A DNA stretch of 62,917 nucleotides, counting the filler, from Reticulomyxa filosa (taxonomy: Eukaryota; Protista; Foraminifera): the NCBI GenBank assembly GCA_000512085.1. It is 20 parts of 20 records of this genome, joined end to end, with 100 filler letters (N's around TTAATTAATTAA, not from the genome) between each part and the next. Parts side by side here need not be neighbours in the genome. Positions count along the whole stretch, not along the records: positions 21,384 to 27,913 come from ASPP01008765.1; positions 28,014 to 29,078 come from ASPP01018765.1; positions 29,179 to 42,686 come from ASPP01015064.1; 17 more parts are not named here. One strand, written 5' to 3'. The number at the start of each line of letters is the position of its first letter. Positions within the stretch are counted from its first letter, which is position 1. A program made the translations under genes and the position numbers. A model generated the notes under the pieces. The model was given only the letters and a program-made list of their open reading frames with translations. It did no database searches and was not told the DNA's origin. Below, piece by piece: positions 25,155 to 36,899 of the stretch.

Positions 25155-26400
25155 TTATGATACAGAGCGAGGATTCGAAATTTCAACAAAATTACTAGAA
25201 GAAACATAGGTCTTGAGTGGAACAGGTGCCATAGAGTTCAGACGTTTCTCCACACAATTGCACATACATTTGAAAATCCAATCTCCAAATTCGAATGAGG
25301 AAAGCAACACAAGTCCATTAAAAAACCCATCCAAAAGAATAAAGATCATACCCAAATTTCCAACAATAACCAGGATAAAGGTGATCAAAGTGCCCGTGAT
25401 GGTAATCAGACCAATTACGCAAGTTTTACGAAACAAGTACCATGTGACATCATCCCAGCCATGTTTAGTTAGGTAATACAATCTTGTAACGTACTGCCAC
25501 CACAACCATAAATTGAGAATAATAATATATAGTCCAAGACCCCCAGAATAATACTTATTTATAACAGTTCTATCCCGAAAGCCGCATCTGCACAGCAAAC
25601 AAAGTACTTTTTTTGCAGATATCATTTGGGACTTTTTAGGAATGTGAGAGATAATTGTTAGCTCGTTTTTGTGCCAAGAGCACGTTTTTTGCTGATTTAT
25701 GAGAGAAGGAGCAAAGGGGGCAAAAAAAAAAAGGAAACATAACAAACCGGTACATCGTCGAAGGAGGTCGTGCTGAGTGGAAATAAAAGAAAAAATCTCC
25801 AATTTGAATGGGAGTAACGCAGTGAAGACCAGGGGGTGCAAATGCAAATGAAAAAATACAAATATTCGCACCGACGAAACTAAACGCCCACGCGCCATTG
25901 AATAATCGTCGGAATGTCAGCGACGGTGCTAAAGCACTTTTTTCGAAAACAACATTTAGTCGGACGTATAAAAACATAAGCATAGAATGATAGTACATAG
26001 CAGGGAACCAGTACGTTACTACTATGTCAGCATAGCATTTCCCTTGAGTGAAATGATCTTCTGTGCTTCTTTCTCTGTTCATTGTCTGAAATCCGATCAT
26101 GTCATCTACTACTAGATATCCAAAATATAACATGTGGTATCCCACCAGCGAGGCACACATTGCTGTGCTTTTCAACTTTCGAGCGTAAACGCATTGATAA
26201 AACAAGTATCCAACCACTGTCAACTCGAGTGGTGTCAATATGAATCCTGTAAAAACCTTGCCATTGGCAACACGTCAATTAAACAAAAGAACCACGTTGG
26301 AAACAGTTTCCTAAACTTGTCAGACACGTTTGGTCATGCAATACATTCTTACCCCAGTGCCAAAGAGATAGTTTATTGTTTGCGGACAAACTTCCATGGT
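25155..26400 (-). CDS. Seven-transmembrane (GPCR-like) protein, multi-exon; start uncertain
   Basis: ORFs 25636-26238 and 25155-25898 splice into about 7 hydrophobic segments. Cys before TM3, YVRLNVVFEKS after TM3, last TM LLDGFFNGLVLLSSF followed by an amphipathic segment with CMCNC. Confidence 0.6.
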
Positions 26401-26690
26401 CCTTTGTTTTTTTTTTACTAAGAGTTAAAGCTACGTGGGAAACATCTCGTGTCCGAACTCAAAAATTTGGAAAAAAAATCAAACCGAATAAAAAAAAAGA
26501 AAATGATGAAATTTGGTGAAGTAAATGCTGCATTTTCATTTTTCAGTTTTCAGTGTGATTTGTTTGGGTTTTTTTTTGTGAAAAGTTTTGTTGAGCGACC
26601 CAATGCATATTACTTTGCAAACTCCTTTTCATTGTCCAACCTGAAATATTTGATTTGGTAGTTTGTGTGCAATACAAATTTTGAGTGAGG

Positions 26691-27913
26691 ATGGGTCTTT
26701 GTGGAAGCAAACAAAGCAGTCTTGACCGTCAGCTTGAAAAGGATTTCGAAGAGAAGAAAAGAGTGAAACAGCTATTGTTGATCGGGACGGGAGCATCTGG
26801 AAAGACCACACTTTTAAAACAAATGTAACCCTTTACATGCACGTTTGTGTGTGTGTGTGTCTATAAACTTATGTTTTTTAAAAAAAAGAGAGGAAAAGGG
26901 AAGAAATTTTTGAGCGTGTATATTCCTACCTCTGTATTGTCATTAAATTAGAGATAGAGAGGAAAGAAAAAAAAAAAAGGGGGGGGAGGGAATAAAAAAA
27001 CATACACATATGCATATAAATATATAAAATGTATAACTTGTGGAGGGTAGAAAGTGCATCCAAGGAGTACGATTTTCAACGAACGACTATTTGAATGCAT
27101 TGCAAACGATCCGAACGAACAGTGTGCAAGCAATATTTACACTGTTGCAGAAAGCGGAGCAATTGTATTCATACGACAAAGTGCAGAACAAGGACTGTTA
27201 TGTGAACTTTGAAGACGAGCAAATAGCAGGATGGATAATAGAGTTGCATCAGTGGTGGACATCGAGAGGACAAATCCAGTTCGACCCGGGGTCGCCATTG
27301 GAAGTAGGGCCACAGATGGACAATGGTGCATCATCTCCATCCCGAGGACAAAGCAGTCCCACAATAACCGTGACCACCACCACCACCACCACCACCACGA
27401 CAGCAACAGCAACAGCAACGTCGACAACGACAACGACACCAGCGACAGACACGAACGCAAATGGAGATAACGAACTGCCTGCCACATCGTCAAAATTAGA
27501 AAAAAATCCAAGTCAGGTAGTTTTGGTGGCAAAGGCATCGGAAGAGAAAATAGACATTATGACAACGACGAGCGCTGACAAGACACTTCAAAATGGTCGG
27601 TTTTCCACAATCTTTCCCATCTTCTCCACCAGTCAGCACGAATGGGATACTATCGAGACTATGGGCAAAATCATTAAGCAGCTGTGGAATCTAAAGGGTG
27701 TGCGCTACACCTTCCACGAACGAGACTGCTTTTGCTTCCCGGACAATATGGACTTCTTTCTCGACAAAATCCAAGACATTATGAGATTCGACTACATTTG
27801 CACCGACGAAGACTGTCTCAGAGTCAGTTCGAGGACGGTCGGTTGTCATGACTTCCAGTACAGCGATTCCATGATTAATAATCATTCTTTTCGTATCTAC
27901 GATTTAGGCGGTT
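26691..27913 (+). CDS. Heterotrimeric G-protein alpha subunit, atypical, 3'-truncated
   Basis: Exon 1 (26691-26824, missed by the ORF track): MGLCGSKQ...KQLLLIGTGASGKTTLLKQ. Intron 26825-27050. Exon 2: IKCIQG...IKQLWN...PDNMDFFLDKIQDIMRFDYICTDEDCLRVSSRTVG...FRIYDLGG. Confidence 0.92.
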
Positions 27914-28013
27914 NNNNNNNNNNNNNNNNNNNNNNNNNNNNNNNNNNNNNNNNNNNNTTAATTAATTAANNNNNNNNNNNNNNNNNNNNNNNNNNNNNNN
28001 NNNNNNNNNNNNN

Positions 28014-28048
<35 letters not shown>

Positions 28049-28980
28049 GGTAATCTTCATCCATATCATCTTCCTCCTCTTCCATCGATTCCAACCACTT
28101 CAACATATTAAACACAACCGACAACGGCACTTCAATTTCCTCGGCATTTGGGATTTCGCTTGCTGGGATATGCGACAAGATTCGTAAATAGTACACGAAG
28201 CGCCACGACTTTGCCCACATCGTCATGGCCGTGCCCTCGGATATTACTTTACAAATATATCAATGTGTGTTGATTGATTGATTGATTGATTTAATTGGCT
28301 GATTGATTGATTGATGAAATTGCATTTGACGACAAAGATGAACAAGAGAATACAAGAATGCAAGTAACTTTTGTGACAATCAGTGAAATGAAAGGCAGAC
28401 TGAGAAGAACAAGTCTTTTTGTCAAATTGCAACAAAAAGGGTTGAATATATTGGTGCGAGTACTTGAGCGCAGCTGGGATTTGTTCAGTGGCAGCGATAT
28501 GCAAGAACATATCTCGATGCAACATACCTTCGATTCGAAACAGTTCATTTATTATCTTTTTGTCGTTCGTTTCTTTTTCACCCCAACGTTTTACCCATCT
28601 CGCCTCAGCATTTTTTTTTTTTATTTTTTTATTTTTTTTAAAAAACATTTTCATTTGATTTATGTATATAATATATGAAAAGAATTGTTGTTTATTTTAA
28701 ATGTGTGTGTACTTTTTTTTTTTTTTTTTATTTAAAAAAAATAATAAATAAATAAAAAACTGAAGTGCAGGGAGAATATTGAAGCGGTCCAAAGAGTCCA
28801 ACATTTTCCACATTTGTTTGAACTTTTGGACATCTTGCAGCGGCTCTTCCATCCCCATCTCCAGTGCAAACGTCTTCGCCACTTCAAACCTACCTTGTCG
28901 ATACATTTCATACAGCACCACTTGGTTCAGCTCTTTCTTGTCAAAATTGTTCCACCATTTATCCGGCTTCATTGGCCCGC
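28014..28980 (-). CDS. LisH-CTLH protein (RMND5/GID2-like subunit of the GID/CTLH E3 complex), internal fragment
   Basis: LNQVVLYEMYRQGRFEVAKTFALE (LisH), FKQMWKMLDSLDRFNILPALQW (CTLH), LHRDMFLHI...AALKYS (start of CRA). Confidence 0.72.
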
Positions 28981-29178
28981 CAGTTAACTTTTCATTTTTT
29001 TTACACAAACAAACAAATAAAAAAAGAGGTTCACACGAAGGGAGAAGGGAGGGGGGCACACCATTAAAAAAAAAAAAANNNNNNNNNNNNNNNNNNNNNN
29101 NNNNNNNNNNNNNNNNNNNNNNTTAATTAATTAANNNNNNNNNNNNNNNNNNNNNNNNNNNNNNNNNNNNNNNNNNNN

Positions 29179-29209
<31 letters not shown>

Positions 29210-29309
29210 TATTCTTACCACTTTTCCTTCTCCTTTTATAACTCTACTTTCTATGAAACTGACAATACAATCGACAATCCAACCAATAACAATAATCAAA
29301 CAATAAAAG

Positions 29310-29887
29310 AACTTTGCTCGCCGTATGGCATCAATGATGGACGAAGTGTTGCCCAACTGGTCGCAGAATGACGACGGAGGTGAGTGGGATAATATAATCC
29401 AGACGGAAGAGGAAGACGAAGATGATGAAGATGATGAGGATGAATTTGACATTGAAGAACATCCAGAACAGATTTTTGATTTAATGCGAGGATTAGTTCC
29501 CCCTCCCGTTATTTTGAGCGGTAACCGTGCTGTGCCACAAGTGCTGAATTCTCTACGACAGCGTGTGGTAGCGCCTGTTATTCCTGTTCACACAATTCAT
29601 GGCGGAGCCAATGTTCAAGTCCACTTGAATATGCCATTGAATGTTAGTGCCGTGTTAGGTCGACGTCCTACACATGTACAAATCCAACAAATCCCTGCCA
29701 ACTCGTTTGCAAATATCAACGATTCTGGGCCCAATGACGCCTTGTCATCAAATGTGCAAATTGATATTTTGAGCCATTTACATCAGATTAGTCCTCGATT
29801 TCCATTTGGTAAGCTATTCGATATAGTATTTATGTGTACACATGAATGAAATGCATATATTGTTCTTTTTTAACATTACACATATAC

Positions 29888-29923
<36 letters not shown>

Positions 29924-32900
29924 TTGCTGGTCTTGATGAATCAGTACGCCATTGGGGTGTTACTTCATCTTCTTCGACATTATTTCATCGTGCCAGTGGA
30001 GATGAACCTGAAGCTTGTCGTCCAAGACTTCTTGCCATCAATCGTTTGACTGAATTACCAGCGCGCTCCTATTTTAACGGAACTGACATTCAAAACTCAT
30101 TGTTCCGATCTCACGCAGCGCCGAGTGGCAGCATGCCATCGATTATGCAAGGCCCGGCCTTTGGTCGTAATCGCCGTAACCAAGCTGTCGCCATGGAGGC
30201 AATGCAAACACAGGTCGCAAGCAATTGGGGCAGTTTGACTCATCGAAGCGGAGGAGACTTGAGCAGAGTCGAAAGACAGATTAGCACTCTTTGTGACACA
30301 GAAGAAACACTACCGACTGTCCCAAGTACTGCAACGACTGGCATTTCCAATACTGCAAATAACAACAGTTACGTATTGTTTTTGTTGTTTAGTTTGATTT
30401 GAGCTTCTTTTTTTTTTTTTTTAATATTAAACTTGTTGCACACAGGCCTCGTTAGTCGTCTAACTTCAACCATCAACCTTTTATCAAGTGTTCGTGGTTC
30501 GAATGCAGTGGACAGGCAACAACAAATGCGACTACAATCGCAGTCACAATTGCAAGCACAGCCTATTTCCGCATTACCACAGTCACGAGCTGTACATGCA
30601 AATGACTCTCAACATCGATCCGAAATTCCAACAGAGACACAAGAGCAAAAAGAGTCTGTACGTGAAACAACAACTCAAACACAGACGCAACCGCAACACG
30701 CAAACGCTGACATCTTCACATTGCCGCCGGAAATTCGAGCGGATGCCTCGAGAGACGCAATGGCACAGACTTCGTTGCTCGAACTGGGCGATCAAATGGA
30801 AAGAAGTGGAGCCAGAGAAGAAATACAAGCCGTGGACACTGTCGCACAAGACACCGATATTGTAATGTCCGACCGCGCTTCACAAGCAACTCAACAGGAA
30901 GTTTTAAGAAACGAGCCCACACAAACCAATCGAAGCGTCGGAACAGATCAACCCGCACAACAGCAGCACGATACGAGCACAAACGTTGTCGCACAAGAAT
31001 CGGCGAGACAAATGGACGTGGCTGTCGATGGATTTGATCTGGAGGTATTGGTCAATTTACCACCCGATATTCAAGAAGAGTTATTACTTCATCAACAGAG
31101 ACAACTGGGAAACAATCAATTGGACAACATTACACGTGAAATGGACACCGCCAGTGTTTTATTAAGTGTGTTTATTATTGTCGTTTATATGCGTCTATAT
31201 ACATATATTTACATATGTATGCATATAATTGTATATAATATATACGACGTGTATCTATAAATGAACTTGTTTATGCTTGGACAGCATTGGATCCACAAAC
31301 ACGGCTGGAAATGCTGATGGACCAATCTGAAGAACAACTAAGGCATTTACCATCAGAATTGCTAGCCCAAGCCATAGTCGGTAGAAACCGGGGCGCAATA
31401 AGCATGCGACGATACCGTAATTTGTATGAGCGTAGCGGAGAGGGCGATATTGCGAATATCCTTAATCGAGGAGCGTTTGATGAACCAGATGAAACGGTGC
31501 CACGTGGAAATGCTCTAGCAGTATCCTCAAATACATCTGAACAAAAACAAGAAACAGGCATGGAAACAGCAAATGAGCCCAATGAGAACGAAAGCAAAGA
31601 AAAAGACTTGGACAAAAAGGTGCCAGAAACAGATTTGGGACATGTTTCAAAGCAAATGAGCATACAAGAAAAACAAAGAGAAGCTATTCGAACATTGGTC
31701 ATGCCAGGATTGCCTTCGTTGCAAAGTAATCGTATTCCCTCGCAGTTTTTACCGCCAATACGTCTTGAAAATCTGAAATCATTACTGAATTTAATGCATC
31801 GCACGCAATTTACACCAGAAGAATCTTTTTATTACATCTTAGCCCGATTATGTGTGTATCGTGTGATGCGACTAGTGGTTTTTCAGCACATATTCGAATC
31901 CATTTCCGCTGCTTCTCCAAGATATTCCTCTGATGCTGAATCAGTGGTATGACATTCGAACTATTTTTATTTTGTGTTTAGGTTTTTTTTTTTTTATTTG
32001 AATACGCTATAAACTAATGAAAGAGAATTAGTAATTCTTTGATATCTATGTTCTTTTTGTAAATGGCTGTGCATTGACTTTATAATTAATACTAGAATCC
32101 GAACAAAGAGAATCGGGCAAAACTAATTCGATTGTTCAACCTATTAAAGTTTTTAATGAAGTCGCCTACTTGTATGTATTTGGTAAAGTATCTACAATTA
32201 CCTGCCGGATTAAATATGTTGGAAGAGCAAGAGGAGACTCCAATAAAAGCGCTGGCGTTGAACAACAGCAATTCCAATGCTTTGGCGATATCTCCAACAA
32301 AACAATTTAGCAATGAAGACAAAAAACAAGAGCGAGATGCCGAAATTGAAAGAGCAATTGAACTATTTAATGTGAAAGACTCGCGCATGTTGCGAGTGTT
32401 TTCATTGTTTGGTTCGCCACTAATGAAAACCCAAAATGTCTTAAAATCGTTTGTGGAAACGCTGTCCATGATTTGCCGGTCTTCACATATGAAATTAACG
32501 GAATTAGAATTGGAAATGCATAGTGACGACATCAAGAATTTGGTTGCATTAATTGGTGATTATGTTCGTTGTGACGATCACGTCTTCAATAAACTCAACA
32601 CCGTTGCAAGAAGTGTAATGAATGTCCCCAATAATAAACTGCTGATAATGAATGCCTTAATCACAGAAACTAAGAAATTAGGTACACAATTGGCAATGGA
32701 ATTGAATCAAATCTATTGCATTATCGAGCCATCCAAAAATACAACTAAACGTTTGGAACATCAATGGAACATTAACCAGACCAAACAAAATTCATTACTG
32801 CGCACTATTGAATTCTTTCATTCGCTACTGACAAAGTCAACTGATCACCGTTCCAGAGCCAAAAACGATAACAAAACAATGTATGTATTCCGAAAGATTA

Positions 32901-34921
32901 AGCAAGACGACAAGACCCAAACATTGGGGTCGATTCTCACAAACATGACTGAACAACAACACACACTGACAATGTTTGAGGATTGTGGCAGAGGATTGGA
33001 ATCTTTATGGGAGGCATTGGATCGTTGCTTGACTATCTTTGGATATGTCCCGAAAGACGTATTGGCAGCGGAGATGGACCAAAAGATGCGAATGATAAAA
33101 ACCCTGATTGTAAAGACAAGAAAGGAAAAACTCCCAGCAAAGACGACAAAGAGAAGGAAAAGGAGAAAGAGAAAGAGAAAGAGAAGTCAATTGACCAAAA
33201 CAAAGACAATGATAAGCGTCGTGACCGAGAAGCATCACACGCCCATTCTCGCAATGTTGTTGGAAGCAATTCTCTGGCAACTGGTCACCAAGGCACGTCC
33301 AAGAAAAAAACGGAAGAAGAAAATACACGTATAACCTCGTCCGTGGTACGCTTGAAACCACTGATTTTAGCATTTTTCATTCTTCACGACTTTTACCAAG
33401 TAGATTTTAGTACCAAGTGCACACCCGAGGAAATGGAGTCTGATGTCGAAGAAAATCTTGCCAATGAATATTTGCTATCGAGACATCACTATTTCTTGAA
33501 TTTCACTGATCGACATAGAAACATATTTAATTTACTCATTGCTCAAAAACCACAACTCCTGACCGGTACGCAAAAACCACAAAGTTATTTGCATCGCAGT
33601 CACACAAACAATGAGAAATTGGGTCCTTTTGCTCCTTTGATATGGCATCCGAAACGTGTATTGGATTTGGAAAACAAAAAAAGGTATTTGCATTTAAGCT
33701 TGCAAGCTATTCGTAATGAGTGTTTAGGACAGGAAAGAGATTACATGAGCAATGGACGAACGCGATTGGAAGTAAGACGAGAGCGCTTATTTGATGATTC
33801 CTTCTGTCAAATGAAACTTTGGACCAAACAGGAATTGATGAATCGCTTGTCTGTTCGCTTTTTGCATGAAGAGGGCGTTGATGCTAGTGGTTTGACCCGA
33901 GAATGGTATAGTCAATTGACAAAATCAATGTTTGATCCCAGCTATGCTTTGTTCATCCCTGCAGCTGATAACAACAGTGTGTTCCAACCCAATCCTTATT
34001 CCTCGTACAATAATGATCACATTGAAAACTTCAAATTCGTGGGATTGTTTGTTGCGAAAGCTGTATTTGATGGACAAACTTTGGAGGCTTATTTCACTCG
34101 CTCTTTCTTAAAACACATTTTACATGTCAAACCAACTTGGGAAGATATTCTATCATTAGATTATACACATTATAAAAATTTGAAATGGATGTTAGAAAAC
34201 CCAATTGATGGCGTAATTGATTTAGATTTCACTTATGACCTGGAGAAAATGGGAGTCACTGAAAAGTTTGAATTACGATCAAATGGACGTGATATTCCTG
34301 TCACTGACGCAAATAAAAAAGAATATGTGGAGCTAGTCAGTGATTTAAAAATGAGTAAGCTGGTGGAAGAGCAAACGCAAGCATTTTTAAAAGGCTTCCA
34401 TACACTGATTCCACATTGGCTCATTAGTATTTTCAATTGGTCCGAACTCGATTTACTAATATGTGGAATGCCAGACATTGACATTGTTGACTGGCAAAAC
34501 AATACTCAATATTTCGGACGCTATACAAAAGATTCACCTCAAATCAAGTTAGTTTACATTTCTTTTTTCTATTGTGTGTATGTCAAGTAAGAAATCACAA
34601 TAAACTAATGTGAAATAAACAATTCTGTACAGATGGTTTTGGGAAACAGTTCAAGATATGGACAAAGAAGAGCGTGCTTTATTGTTGCAATTTGTCACCG
34701 GAACGTCAAAGGTACCTTTAGGAGGCTTTGCCAACCTTCCAGGCATGTACGGAAACCAAAGATTTCAAATTCATTCATCATTGCAAACTGACGAAGTCCT
34801 ACCCTCTGCGCACACTTGTTTCAATCAGTTGGATCTTCCTCAGTACTCCACAAAAGAAGTCCTGAAAGAAAAACTTTTATTGGCAATTCGTGAGTGCAGT
34901 CAAGGATTTGGTTTTGCTTAA
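29310..34921 (+). CDS. HECT E3 ubiquitin ligase, HUWE1/TOM1/UPL1 type, 5'-truncated, multi-exon
   Basis: Acidic tract, UBM repeats ([17 protein letters not shown]; [10 protein letters not shown]; LPSELLAQA), and HECT domain [60 protein letters not shown] (catalytic Cys), GFGFA*. Final intron 34548-34632. Confidence 0.93.
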
Positions 34922-35779
34922 TCATTTTGACACCGAAAGCAGATCCACTAAAGTTTTTATAACTTTTTTATCCCAAAAACCAAATCAAACTCGTGTTTAT
35001 TCCGCTGCGCTTGGTTCTTTTATCGTTCATTCTCTTTTTTTTTTTGTTTGTTTGTGGGGTTGGAAAGATTATTGTCCATCTTAAGCTGTGACAAAAGTTG
35101 CAACAAAATCTGCTTATTCACCAAAAGTTGTTTTGTCACTCATTTCTAATATAACAAAATCGCTTGTGCAAATTCAACAAAAGGCATTTTAGAGGGTTAA
35201 GTGCAAAAAGATAACCAAAATAAAAATTGAACAAAAGACAAATTTACACAGCGTTATGATTTGGAGTGAGAAAAAAGTTTACTACTTTAAAATGTGACAC
35301 TTTTGAAAATTTTTCGTGAACTGCAGAAAAACAAACTAATTCAGCAAGAAAATTAAAAAAAAGTGTTTTGCATGATTTAATTTTAATAAAATAAAAATTT
35401 GCGATTGTAGTAGCTAAAATTGATATATATCATAAGAAGATAATAATTTCGATGAATATAATTTATTTGTTTATAGACCTTTAGATCAATTTTTCAGCAT
35501 CATGTTCAGTTTGTTGTAATGTTTTCAAAAATTTTTTAATTTACGAACTCAAAAATATAGTTACGTCATTTACAATCAATAACTTACTTTTTTTGCATTT
35601 CTTTTTATTCAACGAGCTTGATCAAAAACAGTAGTTTCAATTTTTATATTGCAATTATCATTTTTTTCATTATTCTTTTGGTTGTTCACATGTAAATATT
35701 GTCTAGACCTTGTATCTAAATGCTTCAATTAATTCTTATAAATCTTGGAATTTCAAAAGTTCGATCTCCATAAGTTTTC

Positions 35780-36100
35780 TTGTACAAGTGTTATATCTTT
35801 GGATGTGCAAACACTACATACATGATCATGGAACTGAAGAATGATACAACGTTCTAACCAACATTTATTACAATATTGAGTCCAACTTTTTCTCCAACGA
35901 AATCACCGACATATTTGACAATATATTCCCCAACGAGCGCTCAAACGAATGCTCCAACGGGGTCTCCGACAAATGTGCACAACTTATTCGCAAATTAGAG
36001 CTCCAACATTCTATACGATATACTGTCTAACTGCCAATCTCAAGATCAAGCCAAGCTCAAGATAAGCACAAGACCAAGTACAAGCTCAAGACAATATTAA
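35780..36100 (+). pseudogene. Decayed mucin-like (S/A)PT-repeat coding remnant
   Basis: LSPTFSPTKSPTYLTIYSPTSAQTNAPTGSPT at ~35877-35972, flanked by in-frame stops. Confidence 0.4.
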
Positions 36101-36150
36101 TTTTATTTTATTTTATTAATTTGTATGTCAGAACACCTTTACAAAAAAAA

Positions 36151-36505
36151 ACTGACGTCAGTAGACTTTTGAAGGCATATATTTGCCATTGTAACATGGA
36201 AGCGATAGTACATGATAATAGTATATAATTACTCATAGACTGATATATGTTGTCGTAAGTCTAGATACGAGCTCTGGATTATATCCAACATTTACCTGTA
36301 ATACTACTGAGCGTATATGTAACTACAATGCCTGACCTCAGCATAGGTCAAAACTGACCGGTAGTTGGTAAAGAGATAATATTATGCATAAGTCTCTAGT
36401 ATGTATGTCGTCTTTGTACAGCTTAAAGCTCTATGGATGCGGACTTTATGTGGCGATTTACAGGACCCCATAGACTACTTTAAGTTGTACAAAGGACGAT
36501 AATGT
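36151..36505. ncRNA. Candidate structured non-coding RNA with several hairpins and a terminal ~30-bp stem-loop
   Basis: Arms 36406-36436 and 36468-36501 pair with only a 1-nt bulge, a small internal loop and G-U pairs. At least five further short helices lie upstream. No ORF. Family not recognised. Confidence 0.5.
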
Positions 36506-36899
36506 TTTGGAGTCTGAATTGTTGCGCTCTTTATTTTAATACCATTTTTTAATAACGTAATTTTCATGTTCATCTGATCATTTTGTAGAGTCTATAGAAT
36601 TATCACTTTTCAAAAGTTTAAAAAAATATTTTTTTATATTAAAACATAATTGCAAAATTCTTTGGTTCTTTGAACGATTGAAGAAGTAGATATAATAATT
36701 AGTGTTATTTACGACAATAACTATTAAGATATATTGAAGTTTAATTCATGTTCGTCTCAAGTTTTAAAGTAATCGCGTAGCTTCGATCGAGATGGAGTAA
36801 ATTTTATGTGTTTTTGATGTTTCCGACCACTTGATATAAGCAGTAGATCAAACGTGCTTTGTAGTTTGTTCGGAAAGTGTAGCCCTTGACTAAATTTAA

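Noticed and set aside
32983-33334. Overlapping ORFs in the HECT gene as a programmed -1 frameshift
   Set aside because: No clear slippery heptamer with a downstream structure; same pattern as the other single-base undercalls.
36290-36370. ATTTACCTG resembling the U1 5' end, and GACCTCAG resembling the LSU rRNA 5' end
   Set aside because: U1 loop I (GATCAC) and loop II (ATTGCAC) are missing, as is the LSU ACCCGCTGAA motif. No telomeric template or RNase P/MRP P4 pairing was found either.
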